Of a DNA stretch of 64,000 nt, positions 19,335-29,516 are shown piece after piece (within the stretch, counting starts at the first letter, position 1; each line of letters starts with the position of its first letter). Both the position numbers and the translations under genes were made by a program. The notes beneath the pieces were generated by a model that did no database searches, was not told the DNA's origin, and worked only from the letters and a program-made list of their open reading frames with translations. Source of the DNA: Candidatus Poribacteria bacterium (lineage in GTDB: Bacteria; Poribacteria; WGA-4E; WGA-3G); the NCBI GenBank assembly GCA_965242965.1, contig OZ251518.1, positions 4,960,001 to 5,024,000 on the forward strand, in the 5' to 3' direction.

Positions 19335-20687
19335 TTAAGTGAAAAATGCCGCCGTTTCTCCCTCCTGAAAAGACTGCTCCAGCCACGGGTCTTCCGTTTT
19401 TTCCCGGAAGGCGACGACTTTCCCGCGCATCTCGTTAAGCATCGCCTGCAACGCTGGCTCGTCAATGAGATTGGTGGACTCCGCCGGATCCTGCTGCATA
19501 TCAAAGAGTGCCTCCCTGTTCTGCTGTAAGAAGTGCTCCCGCTGCCGCTCGCCGAGCTGCTGGACGTTGTCATCTCGTACCGCTGTCCACGAAATAGAAC
19601 GAAACAGATCACTCGGTAGCGGGGTTTCCAGTTGATACGCCAAATTGCGGACATACTTATACCGCCGTCCTCGCAATACACGATACGGATAGTAGTTCGT
19701 CACTTCGTGGAAGCAGTGCGAGAAATAGGTTTCCTCCCACGTGCCATCGCCGGGGTGCGGGCTGTCGTCTTCAAGGATGGAGAGCAGTGAGCGGCCCGGC
19801 AGCGCGTCTGAACCGTCGGGATGCGCAACGCCGCACCAATCTAACATCGTCGGGCAGAAATCCACCCAGTTGACAAGTGCCTGATTGCGGAGTCCCCGTC
19901 GCCGTTGCGTTGGGCTCGCGATGAGCAACGGACAGTGGTGCCCGCTATCAAAACTTGATGCCTTCGCGCCCGGGAACGGCATGGCGTGGTCCGTCGTAAC
20001 AAAGACGAGGGTTTCATCAGCGCGCCCGGATGCCTCCAGGGCACCTAACACTGCGCCGACGACAGCATCCCAGCGCGTGACGCTCTCGTAATAGTCTGCC
20101 AAGTCTTCACGGACAGCGGGTATATCCGGCAGGAAATTCGGCACGAGTATTTCATCGGGAGAGTAGGGGTTCGGTTTGATGCCTGCATGCGTCCGTTCAT
20201 TGCCGAAGCCTTTGCCAGCACGATGCGGATAACTACTGCCGATATGCAGGTAGAACGGGTTATCCGCGTTCTCATTGAGGAATTGTGTCACCTTTGCTGC
20301 CATGTCTACCGGGCTTCTGCCATCAACGCGCGGCTCGTAGTCAAACGGATAGACGCTGGCAGGTTCGACGTGTTTTTTGCCGATGCACGCCGTAGCGAAC
20401 CCGTGCGCCTTCAGGATTTTAGGCACGGACTGCATGTTTTCGTGCGTGCGAAACCCGTGAATGCCGTGGCAGTGCCCGTATTGCCCGTGCGTGTGGCTAT
20501 GCTGCCCGGTGAGAATACAGGCGCGGCTCACCGCACACGAGGGGCTCGTGCAAAATCCGTAATCAAACACGACACCGCGCTCCGCAAACGCATCGATGTG
20601 TGGCGTGCGGATTACCTCGTTGCCGTAGCACTTCGCGATGCGGCTCCAGTCGTCCGCAATGACGAACATAACGCTTTGATAGTTCAT
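19335..20687 (-). CDS. Sulfatase (N-sulfoglucosamine sulfohydrolase-like)
   Basis: IADD, CAVSRACILTG, GKKH, TTDH, DPAE motifs. Confidence 0.9.
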   Translation of the reverse strand: MNYQSVMFVIADDWSRIAKCYGNEVIRTPHIDAFAERGVVFDYGFCTSPSCAVSRACILTGQHSHTHGQYGHCHGIHGFRTHENMQSVPKILKAHGFATACIGKKHVEPASVYPFDYEPRVDGRSPVDMAAKVTQFLNENADNPFYLHIGSSYPHRAGKGFGNERTHAGIKPNPYSPDEILVPNFLPDIPAVREDLADYYESVTRWDAVVGAVLGALEASGRADETLVFVTTDHAMPFPGAKASSFDSGHHCPLLIASPTQRRRGLRNQALVNWVDFCPTMLDWCGVAHPDGSDALPGRSLLSILEDDSPHPGDGTWEETYFSHCFHEVTNYYPYRVLRGRRYKYVRNLAYQLETPLPSDLFRSISWTAVRDDNVQQLGERQREHFLQQNREALFDMQQDPAESTNLIDEPALQAMLNEMRGKVVAFREKTEDPWLEQSFQEGETAAFFT

Positions 20688-20703
20688 AATTCTGTTCCTT
20701 TTC

Positions 20704-21378
20704 CTAATCCTGCTTTACCTGCGCGACAATCAAATCAACTACCTCGTCAATTGTTTTGTGCGTTGTATCCACGACGATTGCATCTTCCGCTTCGCGGAGT
20801 GGGCTGTGTTCGCGCGATCTGTCCTTCTCATCGCGGGTGCGGATTTCCGCCGCCACTTCCTCAAGCGTCGTTTGAACATTCTGTGAACGGAGTTCTGCCA
20901 GCCGCCGCCTCGCGCGTTCCGTAACAGAGGCATCAAGGTAGAATTTGAAATCGGCATCCGGAAAAACGATTGTCGTCAGATCTCGGCCTTCTGCCACGAT
21001 ACTTCCAGCTGCGCCGATGCGCTGTTGGTGCTTAACAATCTCCTTCCGAATCTCCGGAATTTTCGCCACGTCTGCTACCCGTTTGTTCACCGCCGGGGTG
21101 CGGATGCAGGTAGTGACATCCTCACTGTCAAGCAGAACAATCTTGCCGTTATCGGCAAATTCGATCTGACACTCTTGAACACGGGATAGCAGTTTCGGCG
21201 AGTTTGCGGATAGTTTATGCCGGATTGCCAACACGGTAACCGCCCGATACATCGCGCCGGAATCAAGATAGAGGCATCCTAATTTTTCGGCGACGTGGCG
21301 CGCAACGGTGCTTTTCCCAGAACCGGCGGGGCCATCTATTGCAATTTTTCTGTTGTTCGCAATGCGTTCAATAGACAT
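20704..21378 (-). CDS. cmk: Cytidylate kinase
   Basis: IAIDGPAGSGKST, LDSGAMYRA, VAEGRD. Confidence 0.95.
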   Translation of the reverse strand: MSIERIANNRKIAIDGPAGSGKSTVARHVAEKLGCLYLDSGAMYRAVTVLAIRHKLSANSPKLLSRVQECQIEFADNGKIVLLDSEDVTTCIRTPAVNKRVADVAKIPEIRKEIVKHQQRIGAAGSIVAEGRDLTTIVFPDADFKFYLDASVTERARRRLAELRSQNVQTTLEEVAAEIRTRDEKDRSREHSPLREAEDAIVVDTTHKTIDEVVDLIVAQVKQD

Positions 21379-21515
21379 AGTTTGTGAGGGAGGGCATCGA
21401 GACCAGGAGGACTCTCCTACCCACCATTGTTTGCATAGGGAAACGCAATCTTGGAAATCCTATAATCTTGGAAATCCTGTGAAATCCTGCTAATCTTGTA
21501 AATCCTGCTCTGGTT

Positions 21516-22412
21516 TCACGTCAGGGTTTCCCGCTGTTTTTTCGCTTCGGTTAGCACGCGTTCAATTTCAACGTGGTTATCGGTTTGGAGTAGGTTTTTG
21601 AATGCAGTCAAGTTATCCACCATGCCATCGATGAGTGCGGCGAGGACTTCGGCGTTCTGCGTGAAAATCCCTGTCCACATCTCCGGTGAACCCGCGGCGA
21701 TGCGCGTCGTATCCCGAAATCCTGTCGCGGTGTAATCCAACGCTTTTTCGCAACCTGCCTCCACTTCGGCGACGCTGTTCGTCAGCAGACTGGCGATGAG
21801 ATGCGGCAGGTGACTCGCTGCGCCAATGAGGGTATCGTGCGTTTCTGGCGAGAGGCGATACGGCACCGCGCCGACAAACCTCCACAAGTTTTCAATGCGT
21901 TGCAGCGCATCGCTGTCCGTATTTTCAGTAGGAGTCAGGATGCATGTCGCGTTCTCGAAAAGCGTCGCCCGCGCCGCGCCTACGCCGGTTTCATGTGAAC
22001 CTGCCATCGGATGCCCACCGACAAAGGCGACACCTTCCCGGTGACGTGGGATAAGCCGTTCTTCAACCGCCTTCACCATCGCGCCTTTTGTGCTGCCGAC
22101 ATCGGTGACCACGATGGGATTTCGGGACGTGACTGAAACGCATTCGGCGATGCGTTCTACAAACCCCGGAACGTGTTCCACCGGCATGCCGAGAACAACC
22201 ATGTCTGCATCACGGATGCCTTCGGCGATGTCTGTCGTTATTATGTCTACTGCATCGCGCGCAAGTGCCTGCTTCAGGGTGGAGAGCCGCCTGCCGAGCC
22301 CGACGCGCTCGCCCGTGAAGCCGTTCGCTTTCAACGCCAGTCCAAGCGAACCCCCGATTAAACCGACACCCCAGATGGTTAGCCGTTGAAGTTGCTGCAA
22401 ATCGGTAAACAT
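21516..22412 (-). CDS. tyrA: Prephenate/arogenate dehydrogenase
   Basis: GVGLIGGS, TDVGSTK, GGHPMAGS, SHLPH, GFRDTTRIA. Confidence 0.92.
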   Translation of the reverse strand: MFTDLQQLQRLTIWGVGLIGGSLGLALKANGFTGERVGLGRRLSTLKQALARDAVDIITTDIAEGIRDADMVVLGMPVEHVPGFVERIAECVSVTSRNPIVVTDVGSTKGAMVKAVEERLIPRHREGVAFVGGHPMAGSHETGVGAARATLFENATCILTPTENTDSDALQRIENLWRFVGAVPYRLSPETHDTLIGAASHLPHLIASLLTNSVAEVEAGCEKALDYTATGFRDTTRIAAGSPEMWTGIFTQNAEVLAALIDGMVDNLTAFKNLLQTDNHVEIERVLTEAKKQRETLT

Positions 22413-22481
22413 ATCGCGCGATATCCTGTGATTTGTCCTTTCGGGTAGGCGCGGTTTGCAACCGCGCCTACGGCGTGCCTC

Positions 22482-23228
22482 CTATTCCATCAATGCTATC
22501 ACACCACAAGCGAGACGCGCGCCGCCGCCTGTCACGATAGGTGCAAGTGCCGGATCATCGCCCGGTTCAGCCATTTTCGTAACCAGCACCAGTTGCGGCA
22601 CTTCCACCCTCTCAATCGGTTCGTCCGGACCAGGGATGACAATGACAGGCGTTTCCTCTACCGGTGGCGCGATGTCGGCATCTACCACAGGCGGCGTTTC
22701 AAAGGTATCGCCTTTTTCATGAATCATGACGAGTTTGCCGAGGATGTCGGTGCCCGGGTCACCGCCGAGAGTCCAGAGTGAGGTGGTAAATTCAAGCGTG
22801 CCGGTGCCGTCCTCGCCGACTTGGATGTTCCCAATTTCGCCTCTCCCAACGGGCGGCATCTCCGGTGTTGCCTCCACGACAGGGACACCGATAGTGCCGA
22901 TGGGAATGTGAGTCGGGTGCCAATGCCCTTCGGCGTTCGCGCAATCAGCACCGTTGTGGAGGTGCGCGGCGTGCGGTCCCGGGGCAGCCCCTTGAATCTC
23001 AATGCGGACGTGCAACGTTCCCGCGGATTCCATAAATACGGCTGTGCCGGTGATACCGCTATCGGTGCCCGGTTTATCGGTGATGGTTGCCATCGCTGTT
23101 TTTCCTTCGGGACTGGGCGGCATCACCTGTGTCGGAATTCTCTCACAACTGACAATGAGGCACGTCACGAAGATGATGGCTATTGACAGGAACTGAAGCT
23201 GAAGTGTTGAGTCTTTAGATTTAAACAC
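22482..23228 (-). CDS. Cu/Zn-SOD-family lipoprotein (atypical)
   Basis: Lipobox IVSC; HAAHLH, GHWHP, MIHEKGD, GARLACGVI. Confidence 0.85.
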   Translation of the reverse strand: MFKSKDSTLQLQFLSIAIIFVTCLIVSCERIPTQVMPPSPEGKTAMATITDKPGTDSGITGTAVFMESAGTLHVRIEIQGAAPGPHAAHLHNGADCANAEGHWHPTHIPIGTIGVPVVEATPEMPPVGRGEIGNIQVGEDGTGTLEFTTSLWTLGGDPGTDILGKLVMIHEKGDTFETPPVVDADIAPPVEETPVIVIPGPDEPIERVEVPQLVLVTKMAEPGDDPALAPIVTGGGARLACGVIALME

Positions 23229-23426
23229 GGCTAGTTTCTCCTTATAGGGTTTAAAATATTTTAAGACAATTCGCCATTTTTGTCAAGCGAAAATTTTTCA
23301 CCAGCAGAACTTTTCAGTTCTTCTTCCATGTAGGCGAGACCTCCCGGTCTCGATGGTTAGGGAAAACCCATCTACCGGGTAGGCGAGACCTCCCGGTCTC
23401 GATGGTTAGGGAAAACTGTTCTGTTT

Positions 23427-26003
23427 TCACCCGCGTGCATCCGCTAACGCCTCTTCAAGAGCCGCCCGGAATTCGTTCTCATTTTCGTTGTTATAGAACG
23501 GCACGCCGAGGAGGCGATAGTCCTTATCCTCTGTCAGTCTTCGACTCCCGAATTGGGCACGAATCTGCTTCAAAAAGCCCACTTTCCACGCGTCATGCGC
23601 TTGGAGGTGCTTCCCTTTGGGTTCAATGAAGAGTTGGTAACTTGCCTCATCGCCGTTTTTGTCTCGGAGGAACAGCACGAAGTCAGGTTGGAAGGCTTGC
23701 CCATCGGGGAAGTGATAGATGGCAAAATGCCCTTCGTTGCGGAGCAGATAGATGTCCTCGTGGGTTTGTTCTAATGCGGGAATCATCCTGTCCAGCATCC
23801 GCACGAACGCCTTTTCCTCGCTGGTGCCGTGGAGCGTGTTGAAGGCGTACCAGTTTTTGGCGGAGACGAAATGTGTAAATTGCGCGGTGTCAGCAACACG
23901 TTGCGTATTCGCGCCTAATTTCAGGCGTTTATCGGTGAAAATGGCGCGCACTTGTTGCTCCCGGAACCGCGTGGTGCCTTCGTATTCGGTGCTTTGCGTG
24001 CGAATTTCTGTCTCAAGCTGCCGCAGTAACCCGCGACAGCCAGCCAACTTCGCCGCCGGATTCACCGCGAGTTCACTGACATTCCCTTCAAAGGTGATTG
24101 CCAAGCCGCCGAGGTAGTTCTCTGCAGTGATAAATTCGCGTATTGACGCGAGTTGTGGAAAATACCGCTTGAGGGACGCGAACGTGAAAAACGGATTGCG
24201 CGCGATGGCACCTTGGACGATATTGCGCGCCATATCTGCCACCTGCACATCTTGCCGATTTTCTTCATGCACGAGAGGTGTCGCACCGTTCTCCAGCACG
24301 CGGCTCCCCCCGCCTTGTCCGGTTGCAACGGTATGGACATAGTTTTTCTTCTGCACGCCTAAGTCTGCGAAGGAGCGCACGTTCTGATAACTCTTCTCCA
24401 CCCGTTCGTTCAGCCAGACGACACCGTGTTTGTAAAAATCTGTCTGCTTGAACTTGTCTTTCAGTTTGAGTTCGCGCGTCACCGTGCTTTCGTCCAGCAT
24501 GCCTTGTTCCACCAAGGCGGTACGGATTTCGGAGATGTAACGCGAATCGTTGATGCTATGATAGTGGAGTTCTTCCAAGACGCGGCGTTCGTTATCGAGT
24601 TCCGTATCAAACTTGCGGCGGAACCTGTCCGAGTGCCCTGGTCCGACGAACGGGAAATAGCGTGCCCCGCGCCCGATGAGTTGCGCTTCGGATATCGTCG
24701 TCTTCCCGATTTTGCCTTGTCCCGAATCGCGCTGCTCATAACAGCGGACAATGTCAAAGAGATTCAGCACATCCCATCCTTCGTTCAGTTTCTGCACGGC
24801 GAAAATGGCGCGGAGGGGATTCCCCGCATCCTCAAGCGTGTTCACCCGAAGTTGGTAGGTGTCCTTTTCCTTCTCGCTGTTGACTGAAAGACAATTCGTC
24901 TCCCGGAACCCGTGTTTGAGGCGTTGTGCCAGCTGCGCATCTGATACCGAATTTTCCGCGAAGAAGTGGAACGCCTGCTGAACAATGGGAACGGTTGAAG
25001 CCTGGCGCATCTCAGCAATTTGTGCCTCCGTGAGTCCATCAATCAACCGATGGAAGTTCGCCTTATTCTCTTCCGATTGCGCAATCGTGCGCTGCGCTTT
25101 GAAGAGGATGACAGGTTTCAGGTTAATGCCGTGTTTCGCCGCCACCGCCTGTTTATACTCGCTGAGAATTAACGCTTGCAGAATGCGTTGCGGCAGTTCA
25201 AAATCGGATTGAACGATGACGACATCTTTGGAAAACCGGTCGTTCCGGAAATCCTTCAGCGCGTAGCGATTGATAACCTTGTTCCGATACTTCGTTATCA
25301 TCGCGGGCGTTTCATAATCGTGCGTCGCGGTGAATTCCAACAGCAGGTTTTCTGCGTTTGCGTTGAAGATACGCTCCACCGTGTTCTCCCAGTTGTTAAA
25401 CAACTCCTGCTGTGCCTTCGTCTGGACGTTGATGTGGTGCGCCTCATCTGCGAGAAGCACAATCTTCTTCTCGGCGAAATCCTCAAAGGTGAGCGCGTTC
25501 TCCTTCACTGTCGTCAAATCGGTGTGCAGTTTCTGAATCGTCGTGAAGCAGATGTTGATGGCGTGTTCATTGACACCCTCAAAATTAGCCACCTCTGTCA
25601 CCTCAACGCGTTTGCCATCAAAAAAGATGTTTTCGCTGAAGAGGTATTTGGAGGCGAGCGGGTTGAGGAAGTTGTCCTTTGTCTTCTCAATGATATTGGT
25701 GGAATTGACGAAGAAGAGGAAGTTGCGGTGCCCGTGCTCATAGAGGTAGAGCATCAACCCTGCCATGATAAGCGTTTTGCCGCTGCCTGTCGCCATGTTA
25801 AAGAGGAGGTGCAGCGGTTTTTCCTTGCCATCAAATTCCTCGTTAAAGCAAAGGAAGAACCGCGCAAACGCCTCTTTCTGATAGGGACGGAGTTCAAACG
25901 CCGGATTGAGGTTCTCGGTGAGATAAGTGGGGATTTCGGTGGCTTGGAGAGTGCGCCTCCCGAATTCCTCAACGATGGTTTCGTATAAGAATTTTTCAGG
26001 CAT
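23427..26003 (-). CDS. res: Type III restriction-modification Res subunit
   Basis: MATGSGKT, DEAHH, LNEGWDV, QLIGRGAR and C-terminal PD...EPK nuclease motif. Confidence 0.9.
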   Translation of the reverse strand: MPEKFLYETIVEEFGRRTLQATEIPTYLTENLNPAFELRPYQKEAFARFFLCFNEEFDGKEKPLHLLFNMATGSGKTLIMAGLMLYLYEHGHRNFLFFVNSTNIIEKTKDNFLNPLASKYLFSENIFFDGKRVEVTEVANFEGVNEHAINICFTTIQKLHTDLTTVKENALTFEDFAEKKIVLLADEAHHINVQTKAQQELFNNWENTVERIFNANAENLLLEFTATHDYETPAMITKYRNKVINRYALKDFRNDRFSKDVVIVQSDFELPQRILQALILSEYKQAVAAKHGINLKPVILFKAQRTIAQSEENKANFHRLIDGLTEAQIAEMRQASTVPIVQQAFHFFAENSVSDAQLAQRLKHGFRETNCLSVNSEKEKDTYQLRVNTLEDAGNPLRAIFAVQKLNEGWDVLNLFDIVRCYEQRDSGQGKIGKTTISEAQLIGRGARYFPFVGPGHSDRFRRKFDTELDNERRVLEELHYHSINDSRYISEIRTALVEQGMLDESTVTRELKLKDKFKQTDFYKHGVVWLNERVEKSYQNVRSFADLGVQKKNYVHTVATGQGGGSRVLENGATPLVHEENRQDVQVADMARNIVQGAIARNPFFTFASLKRYFPQLASIREFITAENYLGGLAITFEGNVSELAVNPAAKLAGCRGLLRQLETEIRTQSTEYEGTTRFREQQVRAIFTDKRLKLGANTQRVADTAQFTHFVSAKNWYAFNTLHGTSEEKAFVRMLDRMIPALEQTHEDIYLLRNEGHFAIYHFPDGQAFQPDFVLFLRDKNGDEASYQLFIEPKGKHLQAHDAWKVGFLKQIRAQFGSRRLTEDKDYRLLGVPFYNNENENEFRAALEEALADARG

Positions 26004-26025
26004 CTCGGTTTCCTTTCAACGATTT

Positions 26026-26337
26026 CTATCTTTCTTCGCACTGGCCGTCCCGAAAATCCGCGAGAGCTTCCGCTGCAAACCGGGCCAACTTCCCGGCTTT
26101 CACGTCTGCTGCGAACTGTTTATCCCATGCCGCTGCTTCCTCATCATACTTGACTAAGGTTTCCTGAAGCATCGTTTCTAGGGTTTTCAGCAAGATTTCT
26201 TTCGTTTTCGCTGCGCAGCTGACTTCGGGAAGTTCTTGGATACAACCGAGCCATCCCGCGCCGTTGCGTTCCACTTTGGCGGTATAAGTTTCACCGCGTT
26301 CCTGTTCCAGAATTTTGGCGATATAGACTCGTGCCAT
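26026..26337 (-). CDS. HicB-like antitoxin-domain protein
   Basis: YTAKVERNGAGWLGCIQELPEV..AKTKE resembles the HicB fold; GGAG RBS. Confidence 0.65.
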   Translation of the reverse strand: MARVYIAKILEQERGETYTAKVERNGAGWLGCIQELPEVSCAAKTKEILLKTLETMLQETLVKYDEEAAAWDKQFAADVKAGKLARFAAEALADFRDGQCEER

Positions 26338-26502
26338 CTGGGACTCCTTTGATGATTAGGGATGATAGAATAAATAATAGCCTATCACCCGCCAAATTGT
26401 CAAGACAATTGACTTCAGATTTAGATTGTGTTACAATGACGAGACAAGCCGGGGATGAACGGCTCCATGCCACGTGATTGCCGGGCCGCGGTCTGCGCAA
26501 AC

Positions 26503-28463
26503 CTATATCCCTGGCTTCTTTTCGTCTCGATAAAATGCGCGATTCAACGCCTTATCTTCATCGCTGACGCAGAACGTCGCATCCTCCATCTCCGAGAGGT
26601 TAACGTAGAGCTGATTCTTATCCAGCAGCTCCATCAACAGCGACTGCTGCTTTTCCACGTCGCCGATAGCGATGAAATCCTCCACCGCGTCTGCCGGCAC
26701 CTCAGGATTGATATACCAATTGAGGAATGACCCCCCCTTGCCATTTCGCGCCAGAGTACCACGAGTTCGTCGGTGTTGTGCGCCGCTTGGATGCGTTCCA
26801 CGAAGGCGGCGTTATAGGGCATCAGTTCACAGGAAATGAAATCGCCGCCGCCCTGCCAGTTGACTGATTTGGAAATGCCGCCCTGTTCGCCCGTGAGCAC
26901 CTTCTCCAAACGAGGAAGCGTCACCGTTTCTATGTAGTCCATCTGCTCAACTCCAATCCACTGCCGCCCCATCTTGTGTGCGACGGTTGCGGTTGTACCA
27001 CTACCGAGGTGGAAGTCTAGCACGATGTCTCCTGCATCGGATGCCAGTTCAATAACCCGCGCAATGAGATGTTCGGATTTCGGGTAGTCGAACACTTTTT
27101 GAGCAAATAACGCTTTTATGTGTCCAGTGCCCCGTGCGTTCACAAATTCCTTCTCGTCCCAAACGCTCCGCTGTCGTTTTGAGGATTTCCGGTGTTTTTG
27201 AACGATGGTATATCCACCGTCACGTTTCGCCTTCCCTTTTATCTCGGTGTTTAAGTTCTGGCGCGCCTTTTCCTTGCCCCATCGCCAAACTGTCTGCACG
27301 CCCTGCGATTTTAACGGCATCACTTCGACAAAACCCGTTTGCTTTTCTAGGGACACTTCCAGTAAATCATCGGCATCCGCGGATGACGGATTCACATAGA
27401 ATGGATAACAGAGATTCGGACGATTCTTAACGTTGAACCGAATGTTGCCATTTCTTAAATTCATCAAGTTAAAACCGCCGCGTTCATCTGCGTAGTTAAA
27501 CGCCTTACCCTTCTGTTCCAACTGATTCAATTCTGTCCCCGGGATTTTTGAATAGATCAGTAGGTATTCGTGGGTTCTCGCGATGCTACCGTAGTCTCTG
27601 CCGCCTCGATTAATCACAACGATGGAATTGGAGACAAAATTTTCCCTGCCAAAAATCTCATCCATCAAAACCTTCAGGTATGCCTGTTCGTTGTCATCGC
27701 ACTGAGCAAAAATCACGCCGGCGTTGCTCAACAATTCGCGCGCTACCTCCAGCCGATTTCGCATAAACGTCAGCCAACTGGAATGATTGAAACTGTCGTT
27801 ATAGCCGAACGAATCGTTCCCGGTGTTATAGGGCGCATCGATGTAGACACACTTTACCTTACTCCGGAACTGCAACTTCAGACTATGAAGTGCCAACAGA
27901 TTGTTCCCTTTGACAAGCAGGTTCTCCCGAATCGTGCCATCATCAGCGCGTTTGAGGGCAACTACCGGCTGTTCGCCTGTGCCCGTATGTCGTTTCCAGT
28001 TCGTCAGCACCTTCGGCGCGAGGAGCCGGTTAATCTCATCCGGCGCGAGGAGCTCGTTGAAGAATATCTCGGTGCGTTTCTCTTCTTCGTGCGTCTGGCC
28101 GCCTTCCAAGACGCAGTCTTTGTAGGGCCAGACGAGTGCGACTTCGTCGCGTTCGGGGAGGAACTTTTCGTTGATGTTCAACCCGATTTTGTTTCGGAAT
28201 CGAGTGTATGCATCGGCGAGGAAGTTTTTGTCGGAGAGGTAGGTAATGAAGGCGTTGTAATCGAAAATCCAATGTCCCTCAATTTCGGTGAAAAACTTCG
28301 CCTTGAGTTCGGGTTCGCTGAGGAGTGACTTGATGAGCGCGGTATCCAGTTGCCACGCGCTATCTTTAGCGGCGGCGGGGATGAATTCGCCGGCGTTATC
28401 GACGAAGCGCGCGTCTGTTTTGAGTAGGCGAATGAGTTTTTGGTTGAAGTTATCTGTTGGCAT
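26503..28463 (-). pseudogene. mod: Type III R-M Mod (N6-adenine methyltransferase), frameshifted at a G7 tract near the 3' end
   Basis: IDAPYNTG and LDFHLGSGTT motifs. ORF 26634..28463 shifts frame at 26731-26737, and the C-terminal tail continues in ORF 26503..26700. Confidence 0.85.
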
Positions 28464-28493
28464 CCGGGGTTTCCTTATGTGCGTTTGTTAGTC

Positions 28494-28522
28494 AGTATAC
28501 CTGAAACCATCTGGCATGTCAA
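28494..28522 (-). promoter_or_regulatory. Sigma70-type promoter for mod
   Basis: TTGACA-17-TATACT. Confidence 0.7.
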
Positions 28523-28567
28523 GAAAAACCGGCCTTTTCCAGAACGATGCGGTTTTTGGTTTCAGGG

Positions 28568-28596
28568 TTGACATTGCAAGACGTTTGTGCTAGAAT
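28568..28596 (+). promoter_or_regulatory. Sigma70-type promoter for the MBL hydrolase/dppBC genes
   Basis: TTGACA-17-TAGAAT with extended TG. Confidence 0.7.
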
Positions 28597-28649
28597 TAAT
28601 GATACCATGTTCGGCGCATATTTTCAAATCTAAAATAGGAGAAATCATC

Positions 28650-29477
28650 ATGGCATACACTCTTGAAGACGAATTCGGCGATATTATCGGAAAGGCGCGC
28701 CGCGGGCAACGTCTCACTCTCGCGCAAACGGCAACCGCTGCAGGCATCCCCGAATCGCAACTCTCTAGCATGGAGCAGTATACCGTCCAACCGACAGAAA
28801 CGCAAGTCTACCGACTCGCAGAGGTGCTGAATTTAGACGGTGCCAAACTGCTGGACATCGCGATGGAACGCTGGATTCCGAATCCAGCCGAGTCGTCCGG
28901 TAATCCTGTTCTTGATGTCGTTACCATCAGCGCGCCTGTCGGCGGATGGCCCGTCAACGCCTATCTCTTAATCTGCAAGGCGACAGAAGAGGCGGCGATT
29001 GTTGACACGGCGGCGCACCCGCATCTCATCCTTGAACAACTAGACGCGCGCAACGTCCAACCCACTGCGATTTTGTTGACGCATGCACACGGAGACCACG
29101 CCGATGGACTCCCGCAGCTCCAACAGGCCACCGGTGCCCCGGCTTACATCCACAAGAACGAACCAAAGCCGCAAAGCGCGCAGCCGCTCAAACAGGTCGA
29201 ACACGGCGATGTCCTCACCGTCGGTGAACTCATGGTAACCGTCGTGGATACGCCCGGGCACACTCCGGGGGGCTGCAGTTTCCTGACGCAAACGGCTGCG
29301 TTCGTGGGCGATGCGATTTTCGCGGGCTCCGTAGGCGGTCCCAACATTTCTTATGACGATGAGCTTAATAGCGTTCGCGATAACCTGCTCACGCTTGCAG
29401 ATGACGTGAGGCTATTTCCGGGCCACGGGCCCGCGACAACCGTCGGTGAAGAGAAAGCGCATAACCCGTTTTTCTAA
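28650..29477 (+). CDS. MBL-fold hydrolase (glyoxalase II-like) with N-terminal XRE-like HTH
   Basis: THAHGDH, TPGHTPGG, GDAIF, PGHG; N-terminal KARRGQRLTLAQTATAAGI; AGGAG RBS. Confidence 0.88.
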   Translation: MAYTLEDEFGDIIGKARRGQRLTLAQTATAAGIPESQLSSMEQYTVQPTETQVYRLAEVLNLDGAKLLDIAMERWIPNPAESSGNPVLDVVTISAPVGGWPVNAYLLICKATEEAAIVDTAAHPHLILEQLDARNVQPTAILLTHAHGDHADGLPQLQQATGAPAYIHKNEPKPQSAQPLKQVEHGDVLTVGELMVTVVDTPGHTPGGCSFLTQTAAFVGDAIFAGSVGGPNISYDDELNSVRDNLLTLADDVRLFPGHGPATTVGEEKAHNPFF

Positions 29478-29516
29478 CATGGAAATCCGCTCGGAAAATA
29501 AAGGAAATTTGAGACT

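Noticed and set aside
18569-19529. ORFs with RGTGPRAT / VARGPVPR / IETRRSLL peptides, here and in other gaps
   Set aside because: They are translations of REP repeats with no independent coding evidence.
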